The position numbers and the translations under genes were made by a program. A DNA stretch of 64,000 nucleotides. It comes from Candidatus Babeliales bacterium. GTDB lineage: Bacteria > Babelota > Babeliae > Babelales > JABCYS01. Location: positions 171,164-235,163 of the forward strand of contig JAFGJD010000004.1 in assembly GCA_016929235.1 (NCBI GenBank). The letters are read 5' to 3'. The first letter of the stretch is position 1, and each line of letters begins with the position of its first letter. Positions 54,581-63,791 of the stretch are shown piece after piece. Under the pieces are notes generated by a model that made no database searches, was not told the origin of the DNA, and worked only from the letters and a program-made list of their open reading frames with translations.

Positions 54581-54724
54581 TTGGCAAGAAAAAGTTCAAT
54601 CAGCAGAAGAATAAAGCTCTTTCAGGAGGTGGTAATTTTTTTCTTAAAGCTTTGAGCTTTATGCGCAATATCGGCCGATTTTTCAGTGATTTCTCCATGA
54701 TGGTTCTTTCGGATCATGTGCTTG

Positions 54725-55966
54725 TTAATTCCTGCAGAGTTGTTGTAGTAACGATAACCAATATGATGTTTGCGCAAACAAGGTCATTGGGTACGAGCTG
54801 TCTATATGTGAGTATGGGAAGTAAATTGACATTCCATGCACCTGTTTCATATTGTGTCCCGTTGTATTGCCGAGTACGGCATCTTTAATGGCCAAGTGTG
54901 CTTGTGTAATTTCCTCTACAAGTTCTGGATAGATAGCCTGGTTTTCAAGCTCTTGCTTGAGTAGATTGAAAACTTGCCATAAGTCTGTGTATACGGGAAC
55001 GAAGCAAAAATTAACGCTGTTGCTTCGTATTTTTCCTAAGATTGATACCATTTCAGGATCGTGTTCAATGATGTCGAGTAACATAAGACAGACACGATCG
55101 AGTTGTTCACGCACAGCATAAGCCTTCTTACAATTGATGACCGATAGGGTGTAGTTGCCAAGCTCAGCACGAGATTCATAGTAGGTGCCATAATCTGTGA
55201 GCATTTCTTTCGTGAGCTCTGTTGGTGAATTTAATGTCGCAAGTGCACATGCTAATCCATGATATTCAAATCCATCTGATAGTTCACAATTTTGGCATGC
55301 TACAAGATAGTTGGTATATGGCGCAATTTGATATGCATGCTCTAAAGATGCTCCTAAACAAACATCCATGCCAACGAGATCAAGATGTCGGCCTCCAAGA
55401 ATGTCGGTGATATTTTCGAGCACAGCTATCATCTGGTGATTATCTAAGCATTTTTGCGTTGTTTCATTGAGCAGAATAGCTTTAGAGTGTTCCTCTTGTA
55501 GAAGAGGAACGGGTAACGATTCGCAGAGCTCACACGCCTGAAACGCATCATCATCTTCTACCTCCCATTTTTTTGTTTCGGGATTATATGTTGGTGTAAG
55601 AATCCCATGGCCATGGCCCCAGAATATCAATGCATGGTAGGTTGAGGAGCCTGCATATGCCCATTGTGCGGCATCGGTTATATCGTGCACATAATTATTA
55701 GTAAGTTCTACACACGAATCTTGGATGAAGATTCCCTGTTTGATGCGGTATCTCCATGCAATATTGTCATATGAATGAAGTTGAACGCGAATATCAACCT
55801 GATCATTGAGCTGTGTGCAGCGTGCTAAATCATTGAGATTGCGCCATGCTGCATCATGAAGATCTTGCATTGGTTCCATATAGATGAGAACTGACCAGAC
55901 TGATTCTTGCGCGATAGATATATGTGCTAGTGCACATAATACAATGACACGAAGCAGAAGATTCAT
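54725..55966 (-). CDS. secreted clostripain-like (peptidase C11 family) cysteine protease
   Basis: Signal peptide MNLLLRVIVLCALAHISIA. His motif LIFWGHGHGIL and Cys motif LVGMDVCLGASLEHAYQ match the C11 dyad context (..HG.G.. / ..FDACLM...E.AY). Confidence 0.7.
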   Translation of the reverse strand: MNLLLRVIVLCALAHISIAQESVWSVLIYMEPMQDLHDAAWRNLNDLARCTQLNDQVDIRVQLHSYDNIAWRYRIKQGIFIQDSCVELTNNYVHDITDAAQWAYAGSSTYHALIFWGHGHGILTPTYNPETKKWEVEDDDAFQACELCESLPVPLLQEEHSKAILLNETTQKCLDNHQMIAVLENITDILGGRHLDLVGMDVCLGASLEHAYQIAPYTNYLVACQNCELSDGFEYHGLACALATLNSPTELTKEMLTDYGTYYESRAELGNYTLSVINCKKAYAVREQLDRVCLMLLDIIEHDPEMVSILGKIRSNSVNFCFVPVYTDLWQVFNLLKQELENQAIYPELVEEITQAHLAIKDAVLGNTTGHNMKQVHGMSIYFPYSHIDSSYPMTLFAQTSYWLSLLQQLCRN

Positions 55967-56118
55967 TCTTATCCTTTTTATCTCAAGAGAGTTTTTTATT
56001 ATATTTCATTCGTTATCGTTTTGCAGTAGTGTTAATCGATTTGAATTCTATAAGGTAGTTGAATGGGCTGCAAGGCTATGTCTTTTTTGAAGGTATAGTG
56101 TAAGGGAAGAAGTAAAAT

Positions 56119-56571
56119 ATGGTTAATATCACTATTAATCGTCTGTTGTTTGGGCTGTTTGTGGTTGGAATATTTCAACCACTATGTGGTTTAGGTGTCA
56201 ATGATGGAAGTTTAACACCGTGTGATAGCCAATGGCATTGTGTTATTACTCAAAATGTTAATGGCGAAAAACCAAATGCTGAGCCATTAACATATCACTG
56301 CTCTCGACAAGAGGCGCAACAAACTCTGAAAGATATTCTTTCAAAGTTTACACGTACTACTGTTGTCGAAGAGCGACCGGGATATATTCATGCTATTTGT
56401 GAGAGTAGATTGTGGAAATTTATTGATGATGTTGAGTTTTATCTTCCTCCTGACCTGTCTGTGATTCATATTCGTTCTGCGTCTAGAACCGGAATATATG
56501 ATTTTGGTGTTAATAAGAGACGTGTTAAGCGGTTGAAAAGACTATTTTCTGAGATATTAGTTGCAGAGTGA
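56119..56571 (+). CDS. DUF1499 family protein
   Basis: N-terminal hydrophobic segment. ..LTPCDSQWHCV.. and ..FIDDVEFYLPPDLSVIHIRSASRTGIYDFGVNKRRVKRLK.. match the conserved DUF1499 pattern (PC...PNCV; FvDDvEf...i.vRSaSR.G..DfGvNr.R). Confidence 0.75.
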   Translation: MVNITINRLLFGLFVVGIFQPLCGLGVNDGSLTPCDSQWHCVITQNVNGEKPNAEPLTYHCSRQEAQQTLKDILSKFTRTTVVEERPGYIHAICESRLWKFIDDVEFYLPPDLSVIHIRSASRTGIYDFGVNKRRVKRLKRLFSEILVAE

Positions 56572-56773
56572 ACTTGTGGATGCTCTACACTGTTTCCGCT
56601 TTTAAGATAAAAGACTCGCTATAGATTTATGTATAGTCATGGCTACTTTGTTTCTAATGTGATGCATAGGGATCACACAAAAATATTCCCCAGATAAACT
56701 TCATAACCTCCATAAGGTAAAAGATATATCTGGAGAATATAATTTTTTACAGATATGTGTTCAAGATAAGCGC

Positions 56774-56977
56774 TTATTTCTTTTTCCGGAGCATTGGGAG
56801 GCCTGTGCGCTTATTCTCCATAACCTCATATCCAGCAGGAAGTGCGTCGATTGCATTTGATCCTGCCTTACCAGCAAAGTAATAAATCGTTTGCTTGCGA
56901 CCACCAGCTAGCTTTACAAGTTTTGAGTGGAGATAGTACATTTTCCCACTCTTTTTTGATTTTACGCTATATGCCAT
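56774..56977 (-). CDS. small basic hypothetical protein
   Basis: 67 aa from ATG 56977 (AAAGGTGA upstream): MAYSVKSKKSGKMYYLH...TGLPMLRKKK. No function recognised. Confidence 0.45.
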   Translation of the reverse strand: MAYSVKSKKSGKMYYLHSKLVKLAGGRKQTIYYFAGKAGSNAIDALPAGYEVMENKRTGLPMLRKKK

Positions 56978-57145
56978 AGTTTCACCTTTATGAAAATATG
57001 TGAGATACAACCGTTTCAACCGTACTATAATCTTCTACAAAAAATCTAGATCAAACAGCAAGAGATTTGGACTCTTGAGTTTTACGTGTGTGCTTTCTTA
57101 AACTAACATGCAAGGGAAAATAATTCATATAAGAAGGATGACCTA

Positions 57146-57910
57146 ATGGAGCGGATTGAAATTCTCAGTGCCATGAGGCATGCGCAGTCCACGGCATGGA
57201 AATATAAGAAAATATTGCTGAATCTTTACCTGATTTTGTTTATTGTTGAGATTGCAAATTTTTTCTTGCCTCTCTCGTTAGTTGCATCAATCATGTTTGG
57301 ATTGTTTGGCATTTATTGGACGCTTGTCAAGACAAAATTGCTGTTGTCGCTCCATGACCGTACCTCATATGCATGGAAGAGCGTGAGGCCTTCCTTCGAT
57401 AATTTTATCAGTTATTTTTCACTTTTGCTTGGAGTTGTGATTTTGGTTCTGCCACTCATCATATTTCCTGGTGCATTTATCGCCACGCATATGAAGATAC
57501 TAACTTTTAAAAATGTTCTTGCCATAGATGTTATTTTGGGCATGGTTCTCCTTGTGTTGTATCTTCGTTACATGTTTGTCCTGCCACTTGTAGTTGATAA
57601 AAATTATGGACCAATGAAGGCGCTTCGACAGAGTGCTTTGATAACCAAAGGCAGATTACTACATTTGTTTTTCTTAATGTTTATTTTTGAGTTTCCGTTT
57701 TTCTTGCGTATGCTCGTGAGCTACGCCTACATGAGTACATTTTTCCAGGAGAAATTAGCTCGCGCAGTAGGTGTGCAACCACTATATGTTTCCTTGGGAA
57801 TACAAAAAGTGGTAACGTTGGGAGCAGTAGTAGCGTGGTTTACCATTGTTCCAGTTGCTGCGCTAACATTTATTCACGTGTATAGGTTGTTGGAACCAAA
57901 GAAACGATGA
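57146..57910 (+). CDS. multi-pass membrane protein (DUF975-like architecture)
   Basis: Six hydrophobic helices. The segment ..PLVVDKNYGPMKALRQSALITKGRLLHLF.. is shared with the next gene. Confidence 0.6.
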   Translation: MERIEILSAMRHAQSTAWKYKKILLNLYLILFIVEIANFFLPLSLVASIMFGLFGIYWTLVKTKLLLSLHDRTSYAWKSVRPSFDNFISYFSLLLGVVILVLPLIIFPGAFIATHMKILTFKNVLAIDVILGMVLLVLYLRYMFVLPLVVDKNYGPMKALRQSALITKGRLLHLFFLMFIFEFPFFLRMLVSYAYMSTFFQEKLARAVGVQPLYVSLGIQKVVTLGAVVAWFTIVPVAALTFIHVYRLLEPKKR

Positions 57911-58584
57911 AAGGAGTCGTTATGCAAGCGATCAATGTTATTGATCTCGTGAAGCGCGGATTTAACCGCGCAATAGAAAACATCGGTCTTTTTCTTGGTG
58001 CAGAGCTTTCTGCGGCAGGCCTGTTTTTTGTAGTAATTTCAATATTGGGAATTCTTTCTGTATTAATCTCTAGGACTTTCGGAATAACTTTTCCCTTAAA
58101 ATCAGCCCCTCCTGTTTGGGGATGGCTTTTTATGGCAGTTATATTTGTTGGTTTCCTTGTCCTCATTGATATAATGGCAATGGGCTTTATAAGGCTTAGT
58201 TTGAGAATTGAAGATGGCCAAGCTGCTGGTATAAGGACACTTTTTGAAGCAAAACATCTAGTATGGCGCTATATTGGCGTATCCTTCTTGTATAAAATGA
58301 TTATGCTTGGCGGATCCATGCTCTTTGTTGTCCCAGGAATTATTTGGGGCATTCAGTTTAGTTTTGCAACAAGAGTGTTGGTTGATAGAGAGGTGGGCAT
58401 TATAGATGCGCTTCGCGCATCGTCTCGTCTTACCGAAGGGCACAAGCTTAACCTCTTTGCTATTTATCTCATACTCTTCATCTTGAATGGAATCGGATCG
58501 GCCCTCTATGGAATTGGTATGCTCTTTGTGTTCCCTATAGGACTTATGATTTCGACGGCAGCTTATCGCAGGCTGGCTTCCTAA
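57907..58584 (+). CDS. multi-pass membrane protein, paralogue of the upstream gene
   Basis: ATGA overlap with the upstream gene. ..RVLVDREVGIIDALRASSRLTEGHKLNLF.. aligns with the upstream protein. Confidence 0.6.
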   Translation: MKGVVMQAINVIDLVKRGFNRAIENIGLFLGAELSAAGLFFVVISILGILSVLISRTFGITFPLKSAPPVWGWLFMAVIFVGFLVLIDIMAMGFIRLSLRIEDGQAAGIRTLFEAKHLVWRYIGVSFLYKMIMLGGSMLFVVPGIIWGIQFSFATRVLVDREVGIIDALRASSRLTEGHKLNLFAIYLILFILNGIGSALYGIGMLFVFPIGLMISTAAYRRLAS

Positions 58585-58683
58585 GGTAGATTTGGATGCT
58601 TTAACTCTTGATTTTGTGCTCTGTGATTATGTACTCTGATAATTGAAGAGTCTGTTGCTTGAAATACTAGGTCAGGGGATTCC

Positions 58684-59187
58684 ATGAATCGGATAAACAC
58701 TTTGGGTTTATTCCTCATGATCATAGTAGGGGGGGGGCTGGAAGCAGCCAGCTACCAGCGCTCGAAAAGGTATAGCCATGATTATGGTTGGAGACGGCCG
58801 TGTCGTGGCTGGTATGTCTATAAAGCTCCTGAATCATACCGAGCTCAAGAGCCTCAACGCCAGCGTGTCTGGTGGGGTGAACGATGGTGGGGTCTTGGAT
58901 GGTCCCAATATCCTCATTACTGGACGTATGGTCGTGCGGTTAAGCTTGGCTTGCCTGTGCTTGCCGAAGAAGGCCGCTGGGACGAAATAGAACAAAAATT
59001 AGAGACAGAGATTGCATTTTTACAGGACAAGGTTGAGACCTTCCGACAACACAACGCATCTCGACATGGTGTTATGATTGCATCTTTGAACAAACAAATC
59101 GATCAGCTTCAGGGGTATCTCAAGGACGCTCGAAACTACCGAGCTACACCGTTAGAGCATAGCGAGTTTGAACGGACCACTAAGTAA
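58684..59187 (+). CDS. hypothetical secreted Trp/Arg/Tyr-rich protein with coiled-coil C-terminus
   Basis: Signal peptide MNRINTLGLFLMIIVGGGLEA containing a G9 tract. Mature region ..RVWWGERWWGLGWSQYPHYWTYG... Convergent with mutL with no spacer. Confidence 0.55.
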   Translation: MNRINTLGLFLMIIVGGGLEAASYQRSKRYSHDYGWRRPCRGWYVYKAPESYRAQEPQRQRVWWGERWWGLGWSQYPHYWTYGRAVKLGLPVLAEEGRWDEIEQKLETEIAFLQDKVETFRQHNASRHGVMIASLNKQIDQLQGYLKDARNYRATPLEHSEFERTTK

Positions 59188-60960
59188 TTAGAGTCTGCGT
59201 TTGAATTTCTTTTCTATATCGTGTGTGGTGAGGAGCCATCCTGTCGGACGGCCGTGCGGACAAGAGAACCTGTTGCTGGTCTTATTAAGATCATTTACGA
59301 GTTGCTGCATGTGGTTATGCGTCAACTCATCTCCTGCTTTTATCGCAGCCTTGCATGCCATTTGAGCATGCAATTTTTCATTGATGATCTTATTTAAACC
59401 TTCAGGATCAAGATCCTTATGCTCGTGAATCCAACTTACAAATATTTTAAGTAATTCAGTATAGTTGAGCGATTTTGCGTGTACTGGTGTTGCTGTTACC
59501 ACAATCTGATTACTACTTAGATGATCAATGATAATGCCGTGATGATGTAATAATGATTGATAAGTCATCAGTAGGATGCAATCGTCTGGTGGCAGGGTGA
59601 CATGTGTCGGAAATAGCAACTGTACCGTTGCTACGGATCCAAAGCGTTGTGCGAACTGTTCATATAAAATGCGTTCGTGTGCAGCATGCTGGTCCAAAAG
59701 ATAGATTCCCTCTTCGTGTTCCAGGATGATGTATGTTTTGTGCGCTTGGCCGAGTACCTGCCATGTTGGCTCTGTATCAATTTTTTGTTGTGGTTGTTCG
59801 CTAATTGTCTGAATGTGTGTCTGTGATACTCGTGGTACATGACGGAATGTGAGGGGTGGTGGTGTATGTTCTGATCCAGCAGTGTAGTTTATGTGAGGGC
59901 GAAATGGATGCTCATCAAAGTTAAATGTGACCTTTGCAACTGTTGTGGTTTTTTTAAGTTGTTCTGAAAGCTGCATCTCTAAAGCTTGTGTAACTGCATG
60001 CGTGACCATGGATTCGATGCGTTTTGGATGAAGCAATTTGATTTCTTCCTTACGTGGGTGGATGTTAACATCAATAGTTTGTGGCGGAAGATCTAAGCAA
60101 ATGCATGCTGCAGGATAACGCCCAGGCTGAAGAACATTCAGATAGCCTTTTAATAATGCACGTGAGATGCCCAGATTTTTGATCCATCGTTTGTTCACAA
60201 ACAGATAGATAGCATTGCGATCATATCGTGCGTAGTGATGTGATGAAATGACACCCGTTAGTGTTCCATCTTGGTTCGTTGTTGGCTGAAGCGGAATAAG
60301 GTGTGGTGCAATCGATGTATCAAGTACCTGCTGTGCGCGCTCTTGTATGGATGTTGTAGCAGGACAAATATTGATGACCGTTCCATTGTGGGTAAGTTTG
60401 AAACTTAATGGTGGATGTGCTAATGCGTATGCCTGAAAGAGTGTTAGCATATGTCGCCACTCGGTTGCGTCTATCTTCAGAAATTTGTGTCGCGCTGGAA
60501 CATTATAAAAAAGCTTCTGTACGGCAATGTCGGTTCCTGTTTCACATGCGCCGATGGTAACATTATCAACTACTCCTGCATTCAGATTAACATGGGTGCC
60601 TTCATGTGTATCAGGTTCTTTTGTTTTCAGAATGATAGTGCTAACAGCGGCAATACTTGAAAGCGCTTCACCACGAAAACCGTAAGTAGCGATAGTGGGT
60701 AAATCGGCAATCGACATTATTTTACTGGTTGCATGGTGTTTGAAGCATTCCTGCGCATCGTCACGGTGCATGCCATGGCCGTTATCTACGACGCGAATGA
60801 GTTTTTTCCCAGCCTCTTCTATATGCACTGTGATGCTGGTCGCTTTTGCATCGAGAGCATTCTCAAGTAATTCTTTTAGGACATTGGCAGGGCGTTCTGC
60901 GACTTCGCCAGCCGCAATTTTATGTGCTTCGTGTGGTGGAAGTTGTCGTATTCGTGCCAT
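59188..60960 (-). CDS. mutL: DNA mismatch repair protein MutL
   Basis: GHKL ATPase motifs IAAGEVAERPANVLKELLENALDA, VVDNGHGM and FRGEAL. C-terminal dimerisation domain with ..FSCPHGRP... Confidence 0.95.
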   Translation of the reverse strand: MARIRQLPPHEAHKIAAGEVAERPANVLKELLENALDAKATSITVHIEEAGKKLIRVVDNGHGMHRDDAQECFKHHATSKIMSIADLPTIATYGFRGEALSSIAAVSTIILKTKEPDTHEGTHVNLNAGVVDNVTIGACETGTDIAVQKLFYNVPARHKFLKIDATEWRHMLTLFQAYALAHPPLSFKLTHNGTVINICPATTSIQERAQQVLDTSIAPHLIPLQPTTNQDGTLTGVISSHHYARYDRNAIYLFVNKRWIKNLGISRALLKGYLNVLQPGRYPAACICLDLPPQTIDVNIHPRKEEIKLLHPKRIESMVTHAVTQALEMQLSEQLKKTTTVAKVTFNFDEHPFRPHINYTAGSEHTPPPLTFRHVPRVSQTHIQTISEQPQQKIDTEPTWQVLGQAHKTYIILEHEEGIYLLDQHAAHERILYEQFAQRFGSVATVQLLFPTHVTLPPDDCILLMTYQSLLHHHGIIIDHLSSNQIVVTATPVHAKSLNYTELLKIFVSWIHEHKDLDPEGLNKIINEKLHAQMACKAAIKAGDELTHNHMQQLVNDLNKTSNRFSCPHGRPTGWLLTTHDIEKKFKRRL

Positions 60961-61090
60961 AATCTTTTTGCTTTTTAAAATAAGATATGTGCATAAATGA
61001 TAGCATGCTTAGTTTTAAATGGGGAGTCAGTAGTCTTGTTTTTCGCTCGTTTCATTTTTTACACTGTAGAAAACAAGAAAGGAGTTGCAT

Positions 61091-61582
61091 ATGAAACGCA
61101 TACTATGGATTGTAGGATTATTATGTGTGGGTACCATTGTATCAAAGAATGAATCTCAAAAAGTTGTGAATGTTTTAAAAATAAAAAACAACACAGGCCT
61201 CACGCTCCAGGTGCAAGTGTATTTTTTGCATGCTAATCCAGATACAGGTAATCAAGATCGAGTATTCCCTTGCCTCCATGAAGTGCAGTTGAACGAACAG
61301 ATGCAAGAATGGGTATGCAGAACTACATACATGTTCCCCGCGCTACCTAACCTAGATAAATTGAAAAACAAATTGCAGGGTCTCGAATTGACGAAAGCAG
61401 AGCGTACGGTTGGGCCGTATCTTGATGTTGAAGTTCTTGATAAAGCTGTTCGTGTTAAACCAATTTCACAAAAACGTATTCTCCCAGCGGGTATCTATTC
61501 TATTGAAAAAGTGTCAGAGCAGAAGGTACAAGTTAAAGAGAGTCCTATAACTGAGATTACCATTGAAGCTGTGCTTCAGTAG
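61091..61582 (+). CDS. hypothetical small secreted beta-rich protein
   Basis: ATG 61091 lies 6 nt after AAAGGAG. Signal peptide MKRILWIVGLLCVGTIVS. 3' end overlaps the convergent pilN-like gene by 26 nt. Confidence 0.5.
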   Translation: MKRILWIVGLLCVGTIVSKNESQKVVNVLKIKNNTGLTLQVQVYFLHANPDTGNQDRVFPCLHEVQLNEQMQEWVCRTTYMFPALPNLDKLKNKLQGLELTKAERTVGPYLDVEVLDKAVRVKPISQKRILPAGIYSIEKVSEQKVQVKESPITEITIEAVLQ

Positions 61583-62153
61583 GCTCGACGATTGCTTTAA
61601 CACAAAATTGTGTTGTTAGGTCGCCAGTATCGGTCTCACGTGATGCTAGTGAGGCAAGGTGTGCTTTTTTCACCGAGGGAATAGTATCCAATTTTTCGGT
61701 AAATGCGTTGAGTGCATAGACGTCGCGGGAAATGCCTTCAATACTGAGTGATGTTTCTGTAATGCTCACTTGAGTGAGCCTGACATCATGGGGCAAGATC
61801 GGAGCGAGGCCGTATACAACCGTAAAAGGAATCCACGATCGCATAACTTGTTTTAGTTCAGCAAACTCTTTGGTGAGCGATTCTTTTTGTTCGATTAACG
61901 TGCGCTTATTTTGTGCGCTATCCTCGAACCCAGATACTTGTTGTTTAAGAACGGTAATATCTGCGTGTAATCTACGTACATCTCGTTGTTTCTCAAGATA
62001 GGTGTGTGACATAACTGCAAGAATTCCAAAGAGAGAAATCATTGAGGTATACATCCATACAACAATAGCCCTTTGTTTTTTTGGTGGAACTGGATTAATG
62101 AAATTAATTGAGTTTTCTAGCTTCTTTTTTTGCGTCATGGTTCCGTACATCAT
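61557..62153 (-). CDS. PilN/GspL-periplasmic-like bitopic protein
   Basis: Short basic N-terminus and a single TM (AIVVWMYTSMISLFGILAVM), followed by a coiled coil (..LHADITVLKQQVSGFEDS..) and a ~90-aa alpha/beta domain (..VRLTQVSITETSLSIEGIS..ALNAFTEKL..). This is the PilN architecture. Confidence 0.5.
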   Translation of the reverse strand: MMYGTMTQKKKLENSINFINPVPPKKQRAIVVWMYTSMISLFGILAVMSHTYLEKQRDVRRLHADITVLKQQVSGFEDSAQNKRTLIEQKESLTKEFAELKQVMRSWIPFTVVYGLAPILPHDVRLTQVSITETSLSIEGISRDVYALNAFTEKLDTIPSVKKAHLASLASRETDTGDLTTQFCVKAIVEPTEAQLQW

Positions 62154-62189
62154 AACAAGACCTTCCCCTACAATACTACACCCGACATA

Positions 62190-62903
62190 TTAATGCATCT
62201 CGTATGTTTGTTTCCCTAAAAGATATAGGCCAAATCCTTCTGCAAGCGCAGCATGATCATGCTGCGTAGTGGTGCGCTTGTGGCCATTCATATTCAAGTT
62301 TCCTAAGATGGTTATTTTTTGTGCCTCAGGATTTCCTTTTCTTAATTCCTTCAAGTGCAAATGTGCTTGTAGAAGTGCCATGGTTGATGTGGTTATATGA
62401 ATCAAGTTAAGTTTGCAGCGAATTGCAAGCAACTGATACTGAAATAACAACTCCTGTGACATGCCACAAAAGTACCATGGGGCCTCATGATGTTCCTTGG
62501 TATCCTGTAAGCAGTAATAATTCCATACCATCTGATTAGAATGCGTGTCAGCAAATCCTGGTTCATTGAAGAGTTTTTGCTCAAAGGCTTCTAAGTCAGC
62601 GACCGGTTTTTTCATCATGGCTTGTTTTTCAATGACTCCTTTGCCAGATAGAGCAAAGATAATACATGCGTTTTTTAGGTTATGTTTCTCAAGGAAGGTG
62701 GTGATAAGTGTATCGAGTCTCGTGGGGTTAAAGATGCGCAAAGTTGCTTCTGGGCGAGTTTCGATAAGAAGTTGTTTCAACGCCTTAATATCATACGGTG
62801 CGGGCCCCTGTTTACTTGGCGCTATCCAACTGAGTGTGATAGTCCTTGGTGTAATATTGACCCCGACAATATCTTTAGTAACTCGTGGAATAAAATTAAG
62901 CAC
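62190..62903 (-). CDS. truncated PilM/GspL-cytoplasmic-like (actin-fold) protein
   Basis: IVGVNITPRTITLSWI (cf. PilM 'iGlDiGs.siK.v.l'), ..IIFALSGKGVIEKQAMM.. and ..ELLFQYQLLAIRCKLNLIHITTSTMALLQA.. follow the PilM order. Only 237 aa, against about 350 for PilM. Confidence 0.45.
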   Translation of the reverse strand: MLNFIPRVTKDIVGVNITPRTITLSWIAPSKQGPAPYDIKALKQLLIETRPEATLRIFNPTRLDTLITTFLEKHNLKNACIIFALSGKGVIEKQAMMKKPVADLEAFEQKLFNEPGFADTHSNQMVWNYYCLQDTKEHHEAPWYFCGMSQELLFQYQLLAIRCKLNLIHITTSTMALLQAHLHLKELRKGNPEAQKITILGNLNMNGHKRTTTQHDHAALAEGFGLYLLGKQTYEMH

Positions 62904-62906
62904 GGT

Positions 62907-63791
62907 TTATAACTCCGCATACACGATTCTATCGTTCCCTGACATATCCTTATACAAGCGCACATTATGAAAGCCTGCCTGCTGAGCTAGTTGGTGTACA
63001 GCAGGTCCTTGTTTGTACCCAAATTCAATAACCATTTGCGGTATTCCTCGCTGTTTCATTTCGTCATTTGGTTTGAGGTGTGCGTGTGCTCCATTAATGA
63101 TTTCTTTAATAATTTTTAAACCTTTATCATCGGCGCGTAATGCTTTATGATCCTCCCATTCAGTGACTGACGGATCAAGAGTGCTCCACTCTTGTTCAGA
63201 AATGTATGGAGGATTAGAAACGATCAGGTCAAATTTTTGTCCTTTAGGAATGGATGAAAAGGTATCTGAGTGGATAAGTTGTATATTATTGACATGATTA
63301 TGTCGTGCATTTTTTTTACTGAGGGCAAGAGCCTGTGACGAGATATCGGATGCCCATATGGTGGCTTCAGGTAATGCATGTGCTAGGCTGACGCTGATAC
63401 ATCCTGTACCAGTGCCGATATCTAGAATAGCAAGATGTTTCTGCTCAAGGGTGAGTAATTGTTCTACTAAGCCAATGACCCATTCTTCAGTTTCTGGTCG
63501 TGGGATGAGGATTGGTGGCTCTACATAGATTTCAAGCTCCCAAAATGGAACGGTTCCCATGATGTACTGTAGTGGTCTATGGAGCTCAACATGATCATGA
63601 ATAAGTTGTTTTAATAGGTTATGTTGTTCTGGTAAGAGCGTAACAGTGGCATTAACCAACAGCTCCCCTTTGGTTTTTCCAGTAACGCGTGCCAGAAGCC
63701 ACCACGCAGCTTGTTGCCGTGATGCCGTATCTTTGTATCGTTCTTGCAATTGTCTCTCGATAGTTTTGACGAGATCGTGCAGACATTCCAT
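62907..63791 (-). CDS. prmC: release factor glutamine N5-methyltransferase PrmC (HemK)
   Basis: SAM motif ILDIGTGTGCISVSLA and catalytic IVSNPPYI. 294 aa. Confidence 0.9.
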   Translation of the reverse strand: MECLHDLVKTIERQLQERYKDTASRQQAAWWLLARVTGKTKGELLVNATVTLLPEQHNLLKQLIHDHVELHRPLQYIMGTVPFWELEIYVEPPILIPRPETEEWVIGLVEQLLTLEQKHLAILDIGTGTGCISVSLAHALPEATIWASDISSQALALSKKNARHNHVNNIQLIHSDTFSSIPKGQKFDLIVSNPPYISEQEWSTLDPSVTEWEDHKALRADDKGLKIIKEIINGAHAHLKPNDEMKQRGIPQMVIEFGYKQGPAVHQLAQQAGFHNVRLYKDMSGNDRIVYAEL

